The notes beneath the pieces are model-generated. The model had not been told where the DNA came from, ran no database searches, and was given only the letters and a program-made list of their open reading frames with translations. The position numbers were made by a program, and so were the translations under genes. From assembly GCA_030446485.1 (NCBI GenBank), contig JAUJNF010000001.1, forward strand, positions 194,018 to 258,017: 64,000 nucleotides of DNA, in the 5' to 3' direction. This document shows, piece by piece, positions 35,003-43,360 of this stretch. How positions within the stretch are numbered: the stretch's first letter is position 1; the number at the start of each line of letters is the position of its first letter. Origin of the DNA: Thermoleophilaceae bacterium. GTDB lineage: Bacteria; Actinomycetota; Thermoleophilia; Solirubrobacterales; Thermoleophilaceae.

Positions 35003-36409
35003 CTACCCCCCCGCCGGCATCTCCACCCGCACCCCATCGCTCGCCTGCTCAGGCCCCGAGCCATTCGGCCCCGTCGGCCCCCTCCGCGACCCGTTCCCAT
35101 TGACCGAAGCCGGCGCCGTATCCCCACCCCGATAGGGTCCGGGCTTCGGTCGCGGCTCCCCGCCCGGGAACGCCAGCCGCAGGATCGTCCGTTGCACCGT
35201 GGCCAGCTGCTTCAGGAACGGGCCGGTGTTGTAGGGCAGGTCGTAGCGCTCGCACAGCTCCTTCACGCGAGGGGCTATCTCCGCGTAGCGCGTGCTCGGC
35301 ATGTCGGGGTAGAGGTGGTGCTCCACCTGGTAGCCGAGGTTGCCGCTGACCACGTGGAACGTCGGGCCGCCCTCGATGTTGGCCGCGCCCAGTAGCTGGC
35401 GCACGTAGTAGCCGCCGCGCGTCTCGTCGACGGTCTCCTTCTGGCTGAACGTGTAGGTCTGGTCCGGGAAGTGGCCGCAGAAGATGATCGCGTAGGCCCA
35501 CACGTTGCGCACGATGTTCGCGGTGAAGTCCGCGGTCACCGTGGTGCGGAACGGGCGGCGAAACGACTTGCGCTCCACGAGCTCGCCCACGATCGCCCTG
35601 GCCCGCTGCGAGGACGAAGAGCGCCCCGGCCGCGCCGCGCGCGCCAACCCGTCGACCACCCGCCGCGAGCGCGACCTGCGCTGCTGCCCGACAGTCGCCG
35701 CGTACGCCGCCTCCATCCCGAGCGCCACCAGCCCGCTCAGCACCGGGAACGCGACGTAGTCCTTCACGATCTGGCCTCGCGCCTTCCCTGCCATCCCCTT
35801 CAGCTCGCGCGTGAGCTGCGCCTTGGACTTGTCGCCGGCCTTGATGGCGTCGAAGTCGAGGTCGTGCGCGGCCACGCCCCATTCGAAGAACGCCGCCAGC
35901 ACCAGGTTGTAGAACGGCTGCGCCAGGTACACGGGGTTCCACCTCTGGTGCGGGTCGATCCGCATGATCTCGTAGCCGAGGTCGCGGTCCTTGCCGCGGA
36001 TGTTCGTGTAGGTGTGGTGCACGTAGTTGTGCGAGTGCTTCCACGCCTCGGCGGTCGACGCGGAGTCCCAGTCCCAGGCGGAGGAGTTGATGACCGGGTC
36101 GTTCATCCAGTCCCACTGGCCGTGCATCACGTTGTGGCCGATCTCCATGTTCTCGAGGATCTTGGCCAGCGAGAGCATCGACGTGCCGGCGATCCAGGCC
36201 GGCTTGTAGCGCGAGCCCAGCAGGATCACCCGCGAGAGCACGAGCAGCCGGCGGTGCATCGAGATCATGCTCGTGATGTAGCGGCGGTCGCGGTCCCCGA
36301 GGTCGTCGAACACCTCGTCGTGGATCGCGTCGAACTCCTTGCCGAGCTCCTCGATCTGCTCGTCGGTCAGTCGAGCCAGGGGGCTCTCGATCTCGGTCAT
36401 GGTCGCCAT
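35003..36409 (-). CDS. membrane fatty acyl desaturase (DesA3-like)
   Basis: His boxes HNVMHGQWD, HSHNYVHHTYTN and QVEHHLYPDMP. ATG at 36409 with GAGAGGA upstream. Confidence 0.9.
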   Translation of the reverse strand: MATMTEIESPLARLTDEQIEELGKEFDAIHDEVFDDLGDRDRRYITSMISMHRRLLVLSRVILLGSRYKPAWIAGTSMLSLAKILENMEIGHNVMHGQWDWMNDPVINSSAWDWDSASTAEAWKHSHNYVHHTYTNIRGKDRDLGYEIMRIDPHQRWNPVYLAQPFYNLVLAAFFEWGVAAHDLDFDAIKAGDKSKAQLTRELKGMAGKARGQIVKDYVAFPVLSGLVALGMEAAYAATVGQQRRSRSRRVVDGLARAARPGRSSSSQRARAIVGELVERKSFRRPFRTTVTADFTANIVRNVWAYAIIFCGHFPDQTYTFSQKETVDETRGGYYVRQLLGAANIEGGPTFHVVSGNLGYQVEHHLYPDMPSTRYAEIAPRVKELCERYDLPYNTGPFLKQLATVQRTILRLAFPGGEPRPKPGPYRGGDTAPASVNGNGSRRGPTGPNGSGPEQASDGVRVEMPAGG

Positions 36410-36434
36410 GCGGTCCTCTCGGATGGGGTCAAGG

Positions 36435-37538
36435 TCATAGGGCAATCTCCACGGGTCCCTCGGGCGCGTTCACGCACGTGCGCACCACCTCGCCGTTCTG
36501 GCCGGACACCTTGCCGGTGCGCAGGTCCCGCACCTTGCCGGAGCAGAGCTCGCCCACGCACGTGTGGCAGATGCCCATGCGGCATCCGTAGGGAAGAGCG
36601 GCGCCCGCGTCCTCGCCGGCCACGAGGATCGGCTTGGACCCGTCGCTCGTGGCCTCGAGCTCGCTCTTGATGAAGCGAATCGTGCCGCCCTCGCCCTGCT
36701 CGGCGTCGCCCTCTCCGACGATCGGCTGAAAGCGCTCCATGTGCAGGCGCTCGGAGTCGACGCCCTCGCGCTCCCAGTGCTCGATCAGCCCGTCGAGCAG
36801 GTCGGCGGGGCCGCTTGCGAACGTCTCGCGCTCGCGCCAGTCGGGGCAGAGCGTGTCGAGGTCGGCAGGGCCCATGCGACCCATCTCGCCGGTGAGCTGC
36901 TCGTGCAGGCGAAAGCCCGGGTGACGACGGTCCATCTCGCGCAGGCGGTCGCCGAAGATCACGTCGTCGCGGTCGCGCGCGGAGTGCAGGATCACCACGT
37001 CCTCGAGGGCCTCGCGGCGCTCGAGGTCGCGCAGCATGCTCATGATCGGCGTGACCCCGCTGCCGGCGCTCAGGAACAGGAACTTGCCGGGCAGCGGGTC
37101 GGGGAGCACGAAGGTGCCCTCCACGCCGCCGAGCCGCACGATGGCGCCGGGCTTCACCTCGCGCACCAGGTGCGGCGACACCTTGCCGGAGTCGACGAGC
37201 TTCGGGGTGATCGTGATGCAGCCGTCGGGGCGGCCGGGATCGGAGGTGAGCGAGTACGCGCGCCAGTGGTGGATGCCGTCGACCGCCAGGCCGATCCGCA
37301 GGTACTGCCCGGGCTCGTGGCCGGGCCACTCCCAGCCCGGCTTGATGACCACGGTGGCGGCATCCTCGGTCTCCCGCTCGACGCGCTCGACGCGGCCGCG
37401 CAGCTCCTGGGTGGACCAGAGCGGGTTGATCAGCTCCAGGTAGTCGTCGGGCATGAGCGGTGTGAAGAACGCGCGCATGCCGCGCAGCAGCTTCTGCTGC
37501 AGGACGGGGACCTGGGGGCGGGCGCCGCGCTCAGCCAT
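36435..37538 (-). CDS. ferredoxin-NAD(P) reductase-type oxidoreductase with C-terminal 2Fe-2S domain (desaturase electron donor)
   Basis: RAYSLTS (FAD), LSAGSGVTPIMS (NAD) and CRMGICHTCVGEL (2Fe-2S Cys cluster). Adjacent to the desaturase, as in mycobacterial DesA3/Rv3230c. Confidence 0.9.
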   Translation of the reverse strand: MAERGARPQVPVLQQKLLRGMRAFFTPLMPDDYLELINPLWSTQELRGRVERVERETEDAATVVIKPGWEWPGHEPGQYLRIGLAVDGIHHWRAYSLTSDPGRPDGCITITPKLVDSGKVSPHLVREVKPGAIVRLGGVEGTFVLPDPLPGKFLFLSAGSGVTPIMSMLRDLERREALEDVVILHSARDRDDVIFGDRLREMDRRHPGFRLHEQLTGEMGRMGPADLDTLCPDWRERETFASGPADLLDGLIEHWEREGVDSERLHMERFQPIVGEGDAEQGEGGTIRFIKSELEATSDGSKPILVAGEDAGAALPYGCRMGICHTCVGELCSGKVRDLRTGKVSGQNGEVVRTCVNAPEGPVEIAL

Positions 37539-37580
37539 ACGTGTGCCTCGGGCCGCGCAAGGCGAGCACTGTAGCGAGGG

Positions 37581-37611
37581 ATGAGAACGACTGTCAACTC
37601 CGTGTTCTCAT
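37581..37611. promoter_or_regulatory. candidate TetR operator
   Basis: ATGAGAAC-N15-GTTCTCAT, a perfect 8-bp inverted repeat in the AT-richer divergent promoter region between the reductase and the TetR gene. Confidence 0.35.
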
Positions 37612-37640
37612 ACGCCCGGGAACCGCTTAGGATGTGGTTC

Positions 37641-38300
37641 ATGGCCGCGACGCAGCCCACTCCCCTGCGCCGGGTGCGCGAGCGGGAGCTGGTGCGGGCC
37701 ACGCGCGCGCTCTTCGACGAACGCGGCCTGCAGGACGCGCCGATCGAGGAGATCGCCAAGAACGTGGGGATCGCCCGCGGGCTCATCTACCGGCATTTCT
37801 CCTCCAAGGAGGAGCTCTACGTGCTCACGGTCACCGACTACCTGGCCGAGCTCGACGGCGTGCTGCGGGCGGCGACCTCCTCCCAGGACACCCCCGTGGC
37901 GCAGCTCGAGCGCCTGGCCGAGGCCTACGCGCGCTTCTGCCTTCGCTATCCCGCCTTCCTCGACTGCGCGCTCTCGCTGATGAGGCGTCCCGCGCGCGAG
38001 CTCCAGGACGTGGTGTCGGGATCGGTGTGGCTGCGACTGGGCCAGGGCATGGCCAACTGCGTCGACCAGCTCGCGCAGCTCCTGCGCGCGGGCAACGAGG
38101 CGGGCGTGTTCGGGGTCGAGGATCCCGACTTCATGGCCAGCGCACTGTGGACCCAGATCCTGGGCATGACGCACCTGGGCCGCATCGGCGCCGGCGTGCG
38201 GCAGCGCACGCCGGGGGTACCCGAGCTATTCGAGGTCGAGCCGGAGCAGATCGTGCGCACGGCCGTGAGCAGCGCGATGGCGACGGTGGGCGTGCGATAA
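37641..38300 (+). CDS. TetR/AcrR family transcriptional regulator
   Basis: ELVRATRALFDERGLQDAPIEEIAKNVGIARGLIYRHFSSKEELY helix-turn-helix. ATG at 37641 with AGGA upstream. Confidence 0.85.
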   Translation: MAATQPTPLRRVRERELVRATRALFDERGLQDAPIEEIAKNVGIARGLIYRHFSSKEELYVLTVTDYLAELDGVLRAATSSQDTPVAQLERLAEAYARFCLRYPAFLDCALSLMRRPARELQDVVSGSVWLRLGQGMANCVDQLAQLLRAGNEAGVFGVEDPDFMASALWTQILGMTHLGRIGAGVRQRTPGVPELFEVEPEQIVRTAVSSAMATVGVR

Positions 38301-38320
38301 GCCGCCGTAGGCGCTCGTCG

Positions 38321-38704
38321 TCAGACGGCCACCATCGGCACCGCCGCACCCGCCCCGCGAGCCAGGCGCAGGTCGGCGGTGACGAGAGGACACGCCAGCT
38401 GCTGGGCCAGCGCGAGGTAGCACGCGTCGTAGCTCGACACGGTGGTCCGCAGCGCCCAGGCGGGCCGGAGCAACGGCGCCGTTGGCACCCTTCGTAGCGG
38501 TGCCCGCTCCAGGTCTGCAACCGCCTGGGCGGCGCGACCAGGCGTGAGCAGCCCGCCTGCTTCGAGCCGTCTGAGCACGGACATCGTCTCCGCGTTCACG
38601 AGGTCCGGGCTCACCATCGCCGACTGGCCCACCGCCTGCCTCACCGCGCCTGCACGCGTGCTGTTCAGGAGCAGTTCGACGAGGGCGGACGCGTCAACGA
38701 CTAT
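38321..38704 (-). CDS. vapC: PIN-domain toxin (VapC-like); start unresolved
   Basis: Track ORF starts at GTG 38644. The same frame upstream reads IVVDASALVELLLNSTRAGA, the canonical PIN N-terminus, beginning at an ATA codon at 38704. Confidence 0.7.
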   Translation of the reverse strand: MVVDASALVELLLNSTRAGAVRQAVGQSAMVSPDLVNAETMSVLRRLEAGGLLTPGRAAQAVADLERAPLRRVPTAPLLRPAWALRTTVSSYDACYLALAQQLACPLVTADLRLARGAGAAVPMVAV

Positions 38705-38948
38705 CGGCTGAGGCGAGGCTCTCCTCCCGCTCGGCGCGTGACTCGCTCAGCGCACGGGCCGCGTCGATTCCCTCCGCTGCGTCGCGCGACGCCAGATCTG
38801 CAAACCACGCGCGCTGTGTGGGAAGCGCGAGATCCCGTCGAACCACTCCCAGCACGTATTCGCCCACGCTCATGCCCTCGTCGGCGGCGCGGTCTCGTAT
38901 CGCGGCGTGCACGTCTTCCGGGACGTTCTTGACCTGTATGGCGCCCAT
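38694..38948 (-). CDS. ribbon-helix-helix antitoxin (VapB/FitA-like)
   Basis: Inner ATG MGAIQVKNVPEDVHAAIRDRAADEGMSVGEYVL. Directly upstream of the PIN gene. Confidence 0.75.
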   Translation of the reverse strand: MGAIQVKNVPEDVHAAIRDRAADEGMSVGEYVLGVVRRDLALPTQRAWFADLASRDAAEGIDAARALSESRAEREESLASADSR

Positions 38949-39074
38949 GCGGTGGCACGGTAGCATGCTGATCGCATGCATTCTGCATGCCAGCTTCTCC
39001 GGGCGGCCGGTCGCGCCGTGTTCGATCCCCACAAGGGTTGAGCCGCCGCGGCCGGCGCGGCCGCGGCGGCTACC

Positions 39075-39476
39075 TCAGGCCCGCTCGAGCACCACCACCG
39101 GGATCTCGCGCTCGGTCTTCTTCTGGTACTCGTCGTAGTCGGGCCACACGCCGGTCATCTTGCGCCACATCTCGGGCTTCTCCTCGGGCGTCGCGGTGCG
39201 GGCGCGGACGCGGAAGCGGTCGGCGCGCACCTGCACCTCAACGTTCGGCTCGGCCTCGAGGTTGAGGTACCAGGCGGGCGGCTCGTCGGCGCCGGCCTTG
39301 GAGGCCACCACGAGGTAGCTGCCGTCGTGCTCCTGGTAGATCAGCGGCGCCTGGCGCGTCTGGCCGGACTTCCGGCCCTTGGTGGTGAGGATGAGGGCCG
39401 TGGTGCCGTTCCAGTCGTGCCCGTCCTCCCCGTTGGTCTCCTCGTAGCGCTGCACGTGCTCCTGGCCAAACAGCAT
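39075..39476 (-). CDS. deazaflavin (F420)-dependent nitroreductase-family protein
   Basis: TTKGRKSGQTRQAPLIYQEHDGSYLVVASKAGADEPPAWYLNL is typical of the Ddn/PF04075 family. Confidence 0.85.
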   Translation of the reverse strand: MLFGQEHVQRYEETNGEDGHDWNGTTALILTTKGRKSGQTRQAPLIYQEHDGSYLVVASKAGADEPPAWYLNLEAEPNVEVQVRADRFRVRARTATPEEKPEMWRKMTGVWPDYDEYQKKTEREIPVVVLERA

Positions 39477-39568
39477 CTGCCGCTCCTCTCGGTCGCGTCG
39501 GTTCCCGCCGATTGTGACTCACGAGCGCCCCGGCACGCGTGCCCGGCGGGCGTTACGCTGGCGCCGCC

Positions 39569-40075
39569 ATGGCAACTCACATCCTCGGTCCGCAGGACGG
39601 CCGTACGGTCGACCTCGCCGGCGTGGGCGTTCGCTTCATGCTCGACGCCGCACGCACCGGCGGAGGCTTCTCCCTCGTCGAGCATCCGATCGCACCGCGC
39701 ACGCTCGGCTCGCCGATCCACACCCACTCGCGCGAGGACGAGTACTCCGTCATGCTCGAGGGGCGGGTCGGCTTCATGCTCGGCGGTGACGTGATCGAGG
39801 CCTCGCCTGGTGACCTGGTGTACAAGCCGCGCGGCGAGCGGCACGCGTTCTGGAACGCAACCGACGAGCCGGCCCGCTTCCTCGAGATCATCTCGCCGGC
39901 GGGGTTCGAGCAGTACTTCGCCGAGGCCGAGCCCCTGTTCGCCGGCGCGCCGGACATGGACGCGTTTGCGGCACTGTCCGAGCGCTACGGACTCGTGATG
40001 GAGTTCGACTCGGTGCCGCGCCTGGCCGCCGAGCACGGCCTGGAGATGCCGCCCGAGTCCGAGCTGGCGGGCTGA
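39569..40075 (+). CDS. cupin-domain protein
   Basis: Inner ATG MATHILGP. HTHSREDEYSVMLEG...GERHAFWN cupin motifs. Confidence 0.8.
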   Translation: MATHILGPQDGRTVDLAGVGVRFMLDAARTGGGFSLVEHPIAPRTLGSPIHTHSREDEYSVMLEGRVGFMLGGDVIEASPGDLVYKPRGERHAFWNATDEPARFLEIISPAGFEQYFAEAEPLFAGAPDMDAFAALSERYGLVMEFDSVPRLAAEHGLEMPPESELAG

Positions 40076-40091
40076 TCGAGACCCATCGGAG

Positions 40092-40502
40092 CTACCCCTG
40101 CCGGTTCGGCCCCGCGCGCTCCAGCTCGATGCGCACCAGCACGCGCCACTCGCGCTCCATCCGCTGGCGATAGTCGTCCCAGTCCGGGTTCTCGCCCGGG
40201 AAGCGCTTGTAGTAGTCGATGAGCAGCTCCATGGCCTCGGGCAGCGAGACCACCTCGGCCTTTCCCTCGGCGAACACCCACGGGCCGAAGAAGCGGTCGG
40301 GGAACATGCACACCTGCGCCCACGGGTCGCGCCGGAGGTTGCGCGTCTTGTAGGCGGTCTCGCGGGTGCTGATGACCACCCGGCCGGCGTCGTCCACCGT
40401 GGCGATGATCGGGCTCTGCTGGATGCCGCCGTCCGAGCGGCGCGTGGCCAGCACCCCGCGACGGTTCTCACGGATGAAGTCGCGGGCGCCGTCGAGATCC
40501 AT
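40092..40502 (-). CDS. PPOX-class F420-dependent oxidoreductase
   Basis: FIRENRRGVLATRRSDGGIQQSPI...YKTRNLRRDPWAQVCMF. Confidence 0.85.
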   Translation of the reverse strand: MDLDGARDFIRENRRGVLATRRSDGGIQQSPIIATVDDAGRVVISTRETAYKTRNLRRDPWAQVCMFPDRFFGPWVFAEGKAEVVSLPEAMELLIDYYKRFPGENPDWDDYRQRMEREWRVLVRIELERAGPNRQG

Positions 40503-41583
40503 CTACGAGCCTCCCGGCACGGCCTCGGCGAGCGCGGGCGCCGCCGTGACCGACGGCGCCAGGCCGAACGCCTCGGCGATCAACTCGTACGAGCGCCGCC
40601 GCGTCTCGTGCTCGAAGGTGATCGTGACCACCATCACCTCGTCGGCGCCGTAGTCACGCGCAACCTGCTCCAGGCCGGCGCGCACGGTGTCGGGGGAGCC
40701 GATCACCGCGCGGCGCCCGCTCGGAGCGGCCGAGGGCCCTTCGCCTCGAAGTAGCGCCGCGCCGTGTCGACCGGCGGGACGGGGATCAGCCGGCCGCGGT
40801 TCATCATCGACCTGCTCATCCGTCCGCTAAGGGCGAGCTCCTCCGCCTCCTCGTCGGTGTCGGCGCAGATGGCCGCCACGCACACGGCCACACGCGGGGC
40901 GGCCAGGCGGTGCCCGTGCTCGAAGGACTCGCGGTAGAAGTGGGCGATCTCCGGGTGTCCGGGGTTGATGAAGTCGGCGAACGCGTAGGGAAGGCCGAGC
41001 TGGCCCGCCCAGATCGCGCTCTGCAGTGAGGAGCCGAGGAGCCACGGCTCGGGCGCAGCCGGTGCGGCGGGCAGCGGCGCGAGCCCGGCGAAGCGCCGGT
41101 CCGGCGGCGGGCGGTTCTCGAGGTAGGCGAGCAGCTCGGCGAGCTGCTCGGGGAAGTCGTCGGCTCCGGGCACGCGCCGCTCGCGCTGCAGGGCGTGGGT
41201 GGTCATCGGGTCGGTGCCGGCGGCGCGGCCGAGGCCGAGGTCGATCCGCTCGCCGTAGAGCCCGCTCAGCATGCTGAAGCTCTCGGCCACCTTGCGCGGG
41301 CTGTAGTGAGGAGCATCACGCCGCCGCTGCCGACGCGGATGCGCTCGGTGGCCGAGGCGATCGGCCCGATCAGCACCTCCGGGCTCGCGCTCGCCAGCAT
41401 CGGCGTGCCGTGGTGCTCGGCGACCCAGTAGCGGTGGAAGCCGAGCGCGTCGGCCAGGCGCGCGAGGTCGAGCGTGTTGTGGAGGGCCTGTGCGCCGGTC
41501 GAGCCCTCGGAGACGGGCGACTGGTCGAGCACGCTGAGCTGAAGTGGCGGCCGCCCGGGCGCGTTCTCGTCGGGCGCCGGCAT
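40503..41583 (-). pseudogene. luciferase-like (LLM class) flavin monooxygenase split over three frames
   Basis: LSVLDQSPV...YWVAEHHGTPMLASASPEVLIGPIAS...GSGGVML | PHYSPRKVAESFSMLSGLYGERIDLGLGRA... | VIGSPDTVRAGLEQVARDYGADEVMVVT. Frame changes occur near 41305-41315 and 40706-40745. Confidence 0.75.
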
Positions 41584-41612
41584 CACCGCGCGTGAGGGTA
41601 GACGGCGGTCGC

Positions 41613-41981
41613 TCAGGCCCGAACGGCCGTGAAGCTCAGCACCGAAGCGAGCACGTCGAAATGTCGGTCGACGTGGACCACATCGGCTCCGTGCTGCTGT
41701 GCGCATGCCGCAATGAGGAGATCCGGGACGGGCACGCGGTGTCGACCGGTCCCGCCGAGCTCTCTCTGGACGCCGGCGGCCGTAGCGAACGTCTCGGCAT
41801 CCATCCGGAGGTCGCGGAACAGCGCGAGATCGGCGTCGAGCGTCGCGTAGTGGGACCCAGACCCGGCGCTGTACAGGAGCTCCATCCTCGTGACCGCGCA
41901 CAGGCACAGCTCACCCTTCACGTCCGCTGCATCGGCTCCGCGCACGTACGCGGACTTGTCGAGCAGCAGCAGCCTGCTCAC
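41613..41981 (-). CDS. vapC: PIN-domain toxin (VapC-like)
   Basis: MSRLLLLDKSAYVR...MELLYSA...VPDLLIAACAQQHGADVVHVDRHF. Confidence 0.8.
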   Translation of the reverse strand: MSRLLLLDKSAYVRGADAADVKGELCLCAVTRMELLYSAGSGSHYATLDADLALFRDLRMDAETFATAAGVQRELGGTGRHRVPVPDLLIAACAQQHGADVVHVDRHFDVLASVLSFTAVRA

Positions 41982-42240
41982 TGCCAGGCAACGTCTGCGA
42001 GCAGCGCATCGGTGTCGAGCAGCGTTCCTGCCCGCTTCAGCGCATCCCGTTGGGCTGCTCGGCGAACCGCACCGTCGGCTTCGTCGAGCCGCCGCTTCAC
42101 GGCGTCCCGGCCCTCCCCACGAGCAACAAGAGGAGCTCCTTGCGCTCGCTGACGTCGGGCCACGCCCGTCGCGCGAGGTCGAGCATCTCGCTCACCTCCC
42201 CGGTGTCGGTGACCGTGTAGCGGGGACGCGTGGTGGGCAC
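41978..42240 (-). CDS. cognate antitoxin, apparent 1-nt frameshift
   Basis: GTG 42240 gives MPTTRPRYTVTDTGEVSEMLDLARRAWPDVSERKELLLLLV. The next frame gives EGRDAVKRRLDEADGAVRRAAQRDALKRAGTLLDTDALLADVAWQ, whose TGA overlaps the toxin ATG. The junction is a G4 run at 42115-42118. Confidence 0.5.
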
Positions 42241-42337
42241 GGGGGGGCGAGTGTAGCACCGGTCCACACGGGTGCGACACCTGCACGCGGCGGGCGTAAG
42301 GGTTCGTTCACCCGCGAGTGTGAGACTCGGTGAAGTG

Positions 42338-43297
42338 ATGCAGCGATCCAACCTCCTCCCGGGCAACCCCCGGTCGACCGGCGGAATCCTGATGCGCGTA
42401 GCGGCGGTCGTGGCCATGGCCGCCCTGCTCGTCGGCGGCTTCGTCCTGATATCCCGCAACGTGAACACCGGCGGCCTCGTGGCCATCGGCGCCGGGCTGC
42501 TGTGGTTCGCCGTGGCCGGCGCCGGGTTCCTCTTCCTCGCCCGCGGCCGGCGGACCGAGCAGAGGGGCGTCCTCGCCACCGTCACGGTCACCGGCCTCGC
42601 CCTGGGTGCGGTGCTGTTCGCCACCTCCCGCGGGAACGAGGTGGACGAGAAGATCGTGACCGGGGCGCCGGTCGCAGCGCCCGCGTCCTCGGAGGGGGGT
42701 GCCGAGGCGGATGGCGGTTCCACGGCGGCGGGCGGCGATGCTCGCGCCGGCGGCCGGAGGGCGAGCGCGGGAGGGAAGCGCTCAGCGGCGGGGCGCGGCC
42801 GGAACGACCGGCACCGGAAGGGCGGCTCCCCCGGAAATGGCGGCGCCGGTGAGGTCGCCGCCGCTCCGGACGGCCAGGCCGCGGCGGCCGGCGGCAATCG
42901 CGGCACCGGAGGCGGCGCGCCGAGCCCGGCCGACGACCGCCCACCGGCCAGGCCCACCGGCAACGTGCAGACCCTCAGCGGGAGCTTCACCGGCGAGAGC
43001 AACCACCGCGGCAAGGGCAGGGCGGCCGTGGTGGAGCTGCCCTCCGGTGCGCGCAAGCTCACCTTCAGCGAGTTCGATGTCGACCCCGGAGCGGGCGGGC
43101 TGCGCGTGTACCTCACGGCCGGCAACCCGGGCAGCGACGCCGACGTGCGCGACTTCAAGGACATCGGCGGCCTGAAGGGCACGAAGGGCGACCAGCAGTA
43201 CGACATCCCGCGCGACATCGACCTGAAGAAGTACGGCACGGTGGTGATCTGGTGCGTGCCGTTCACGACCCGAATCGCCCAGGCCGGTCTCCGGTAG
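42338..43297 (+). CDS. membrane-anchored DM13-domain protein
   Basis: N-terminal TM helices, a Gly/Ala/Arg-rich linker, and a C-terminal GSFTGESNHRGKGRAAVVELPSGARKLTFSEFDVDPGAGGLRVYL... region (DM13-like). Confidence 0.7.
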   Translation: MQRSNLLPGNPRSTGGILMRVAAVVAMAALLVGGFVLISRNVNTGGLVAIGAGLLWFAVAGAGFLFLARGRRTEQRGVLATVTVTGLALGAVLFATSRGNEVDEKIVTGAPVAAPASSEGGAEADGGSTAAGGDARAGGRRASAGGKRSAAGRGRNDRHRKGGSPGNGGAGEVAAAPDGQAAAAGGNRGTGGGAPSPADDRPPARPTGNVQTLSGSFTGESNHRGKGRAAVVELPSGARKLTFSEFDVDPGAGGLRVYLTAGNPGSDADVRDFKDIGGLKGTKGDQQYDIPRDIDLKKYGTVVIWCVPFTTRIAQAGLR

Positions 43298-43360
43298 GAC
43301 GCCCGCCCTGCCGGCGGCGGGGTGGAGGTCGGCCAGCGGCGGGGTTAGACTCGCGCGGCC

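Noticed and set aside
42660-42960. Gly/Ala/Arg-rich repetitive-looking DNA inside the DM13 protein gene
   Set aside because: It is a low-complexity linker in frame with a supported CDS. There is no regular DNA repeat unit, and it is not a CRISPR or tandem repeat.
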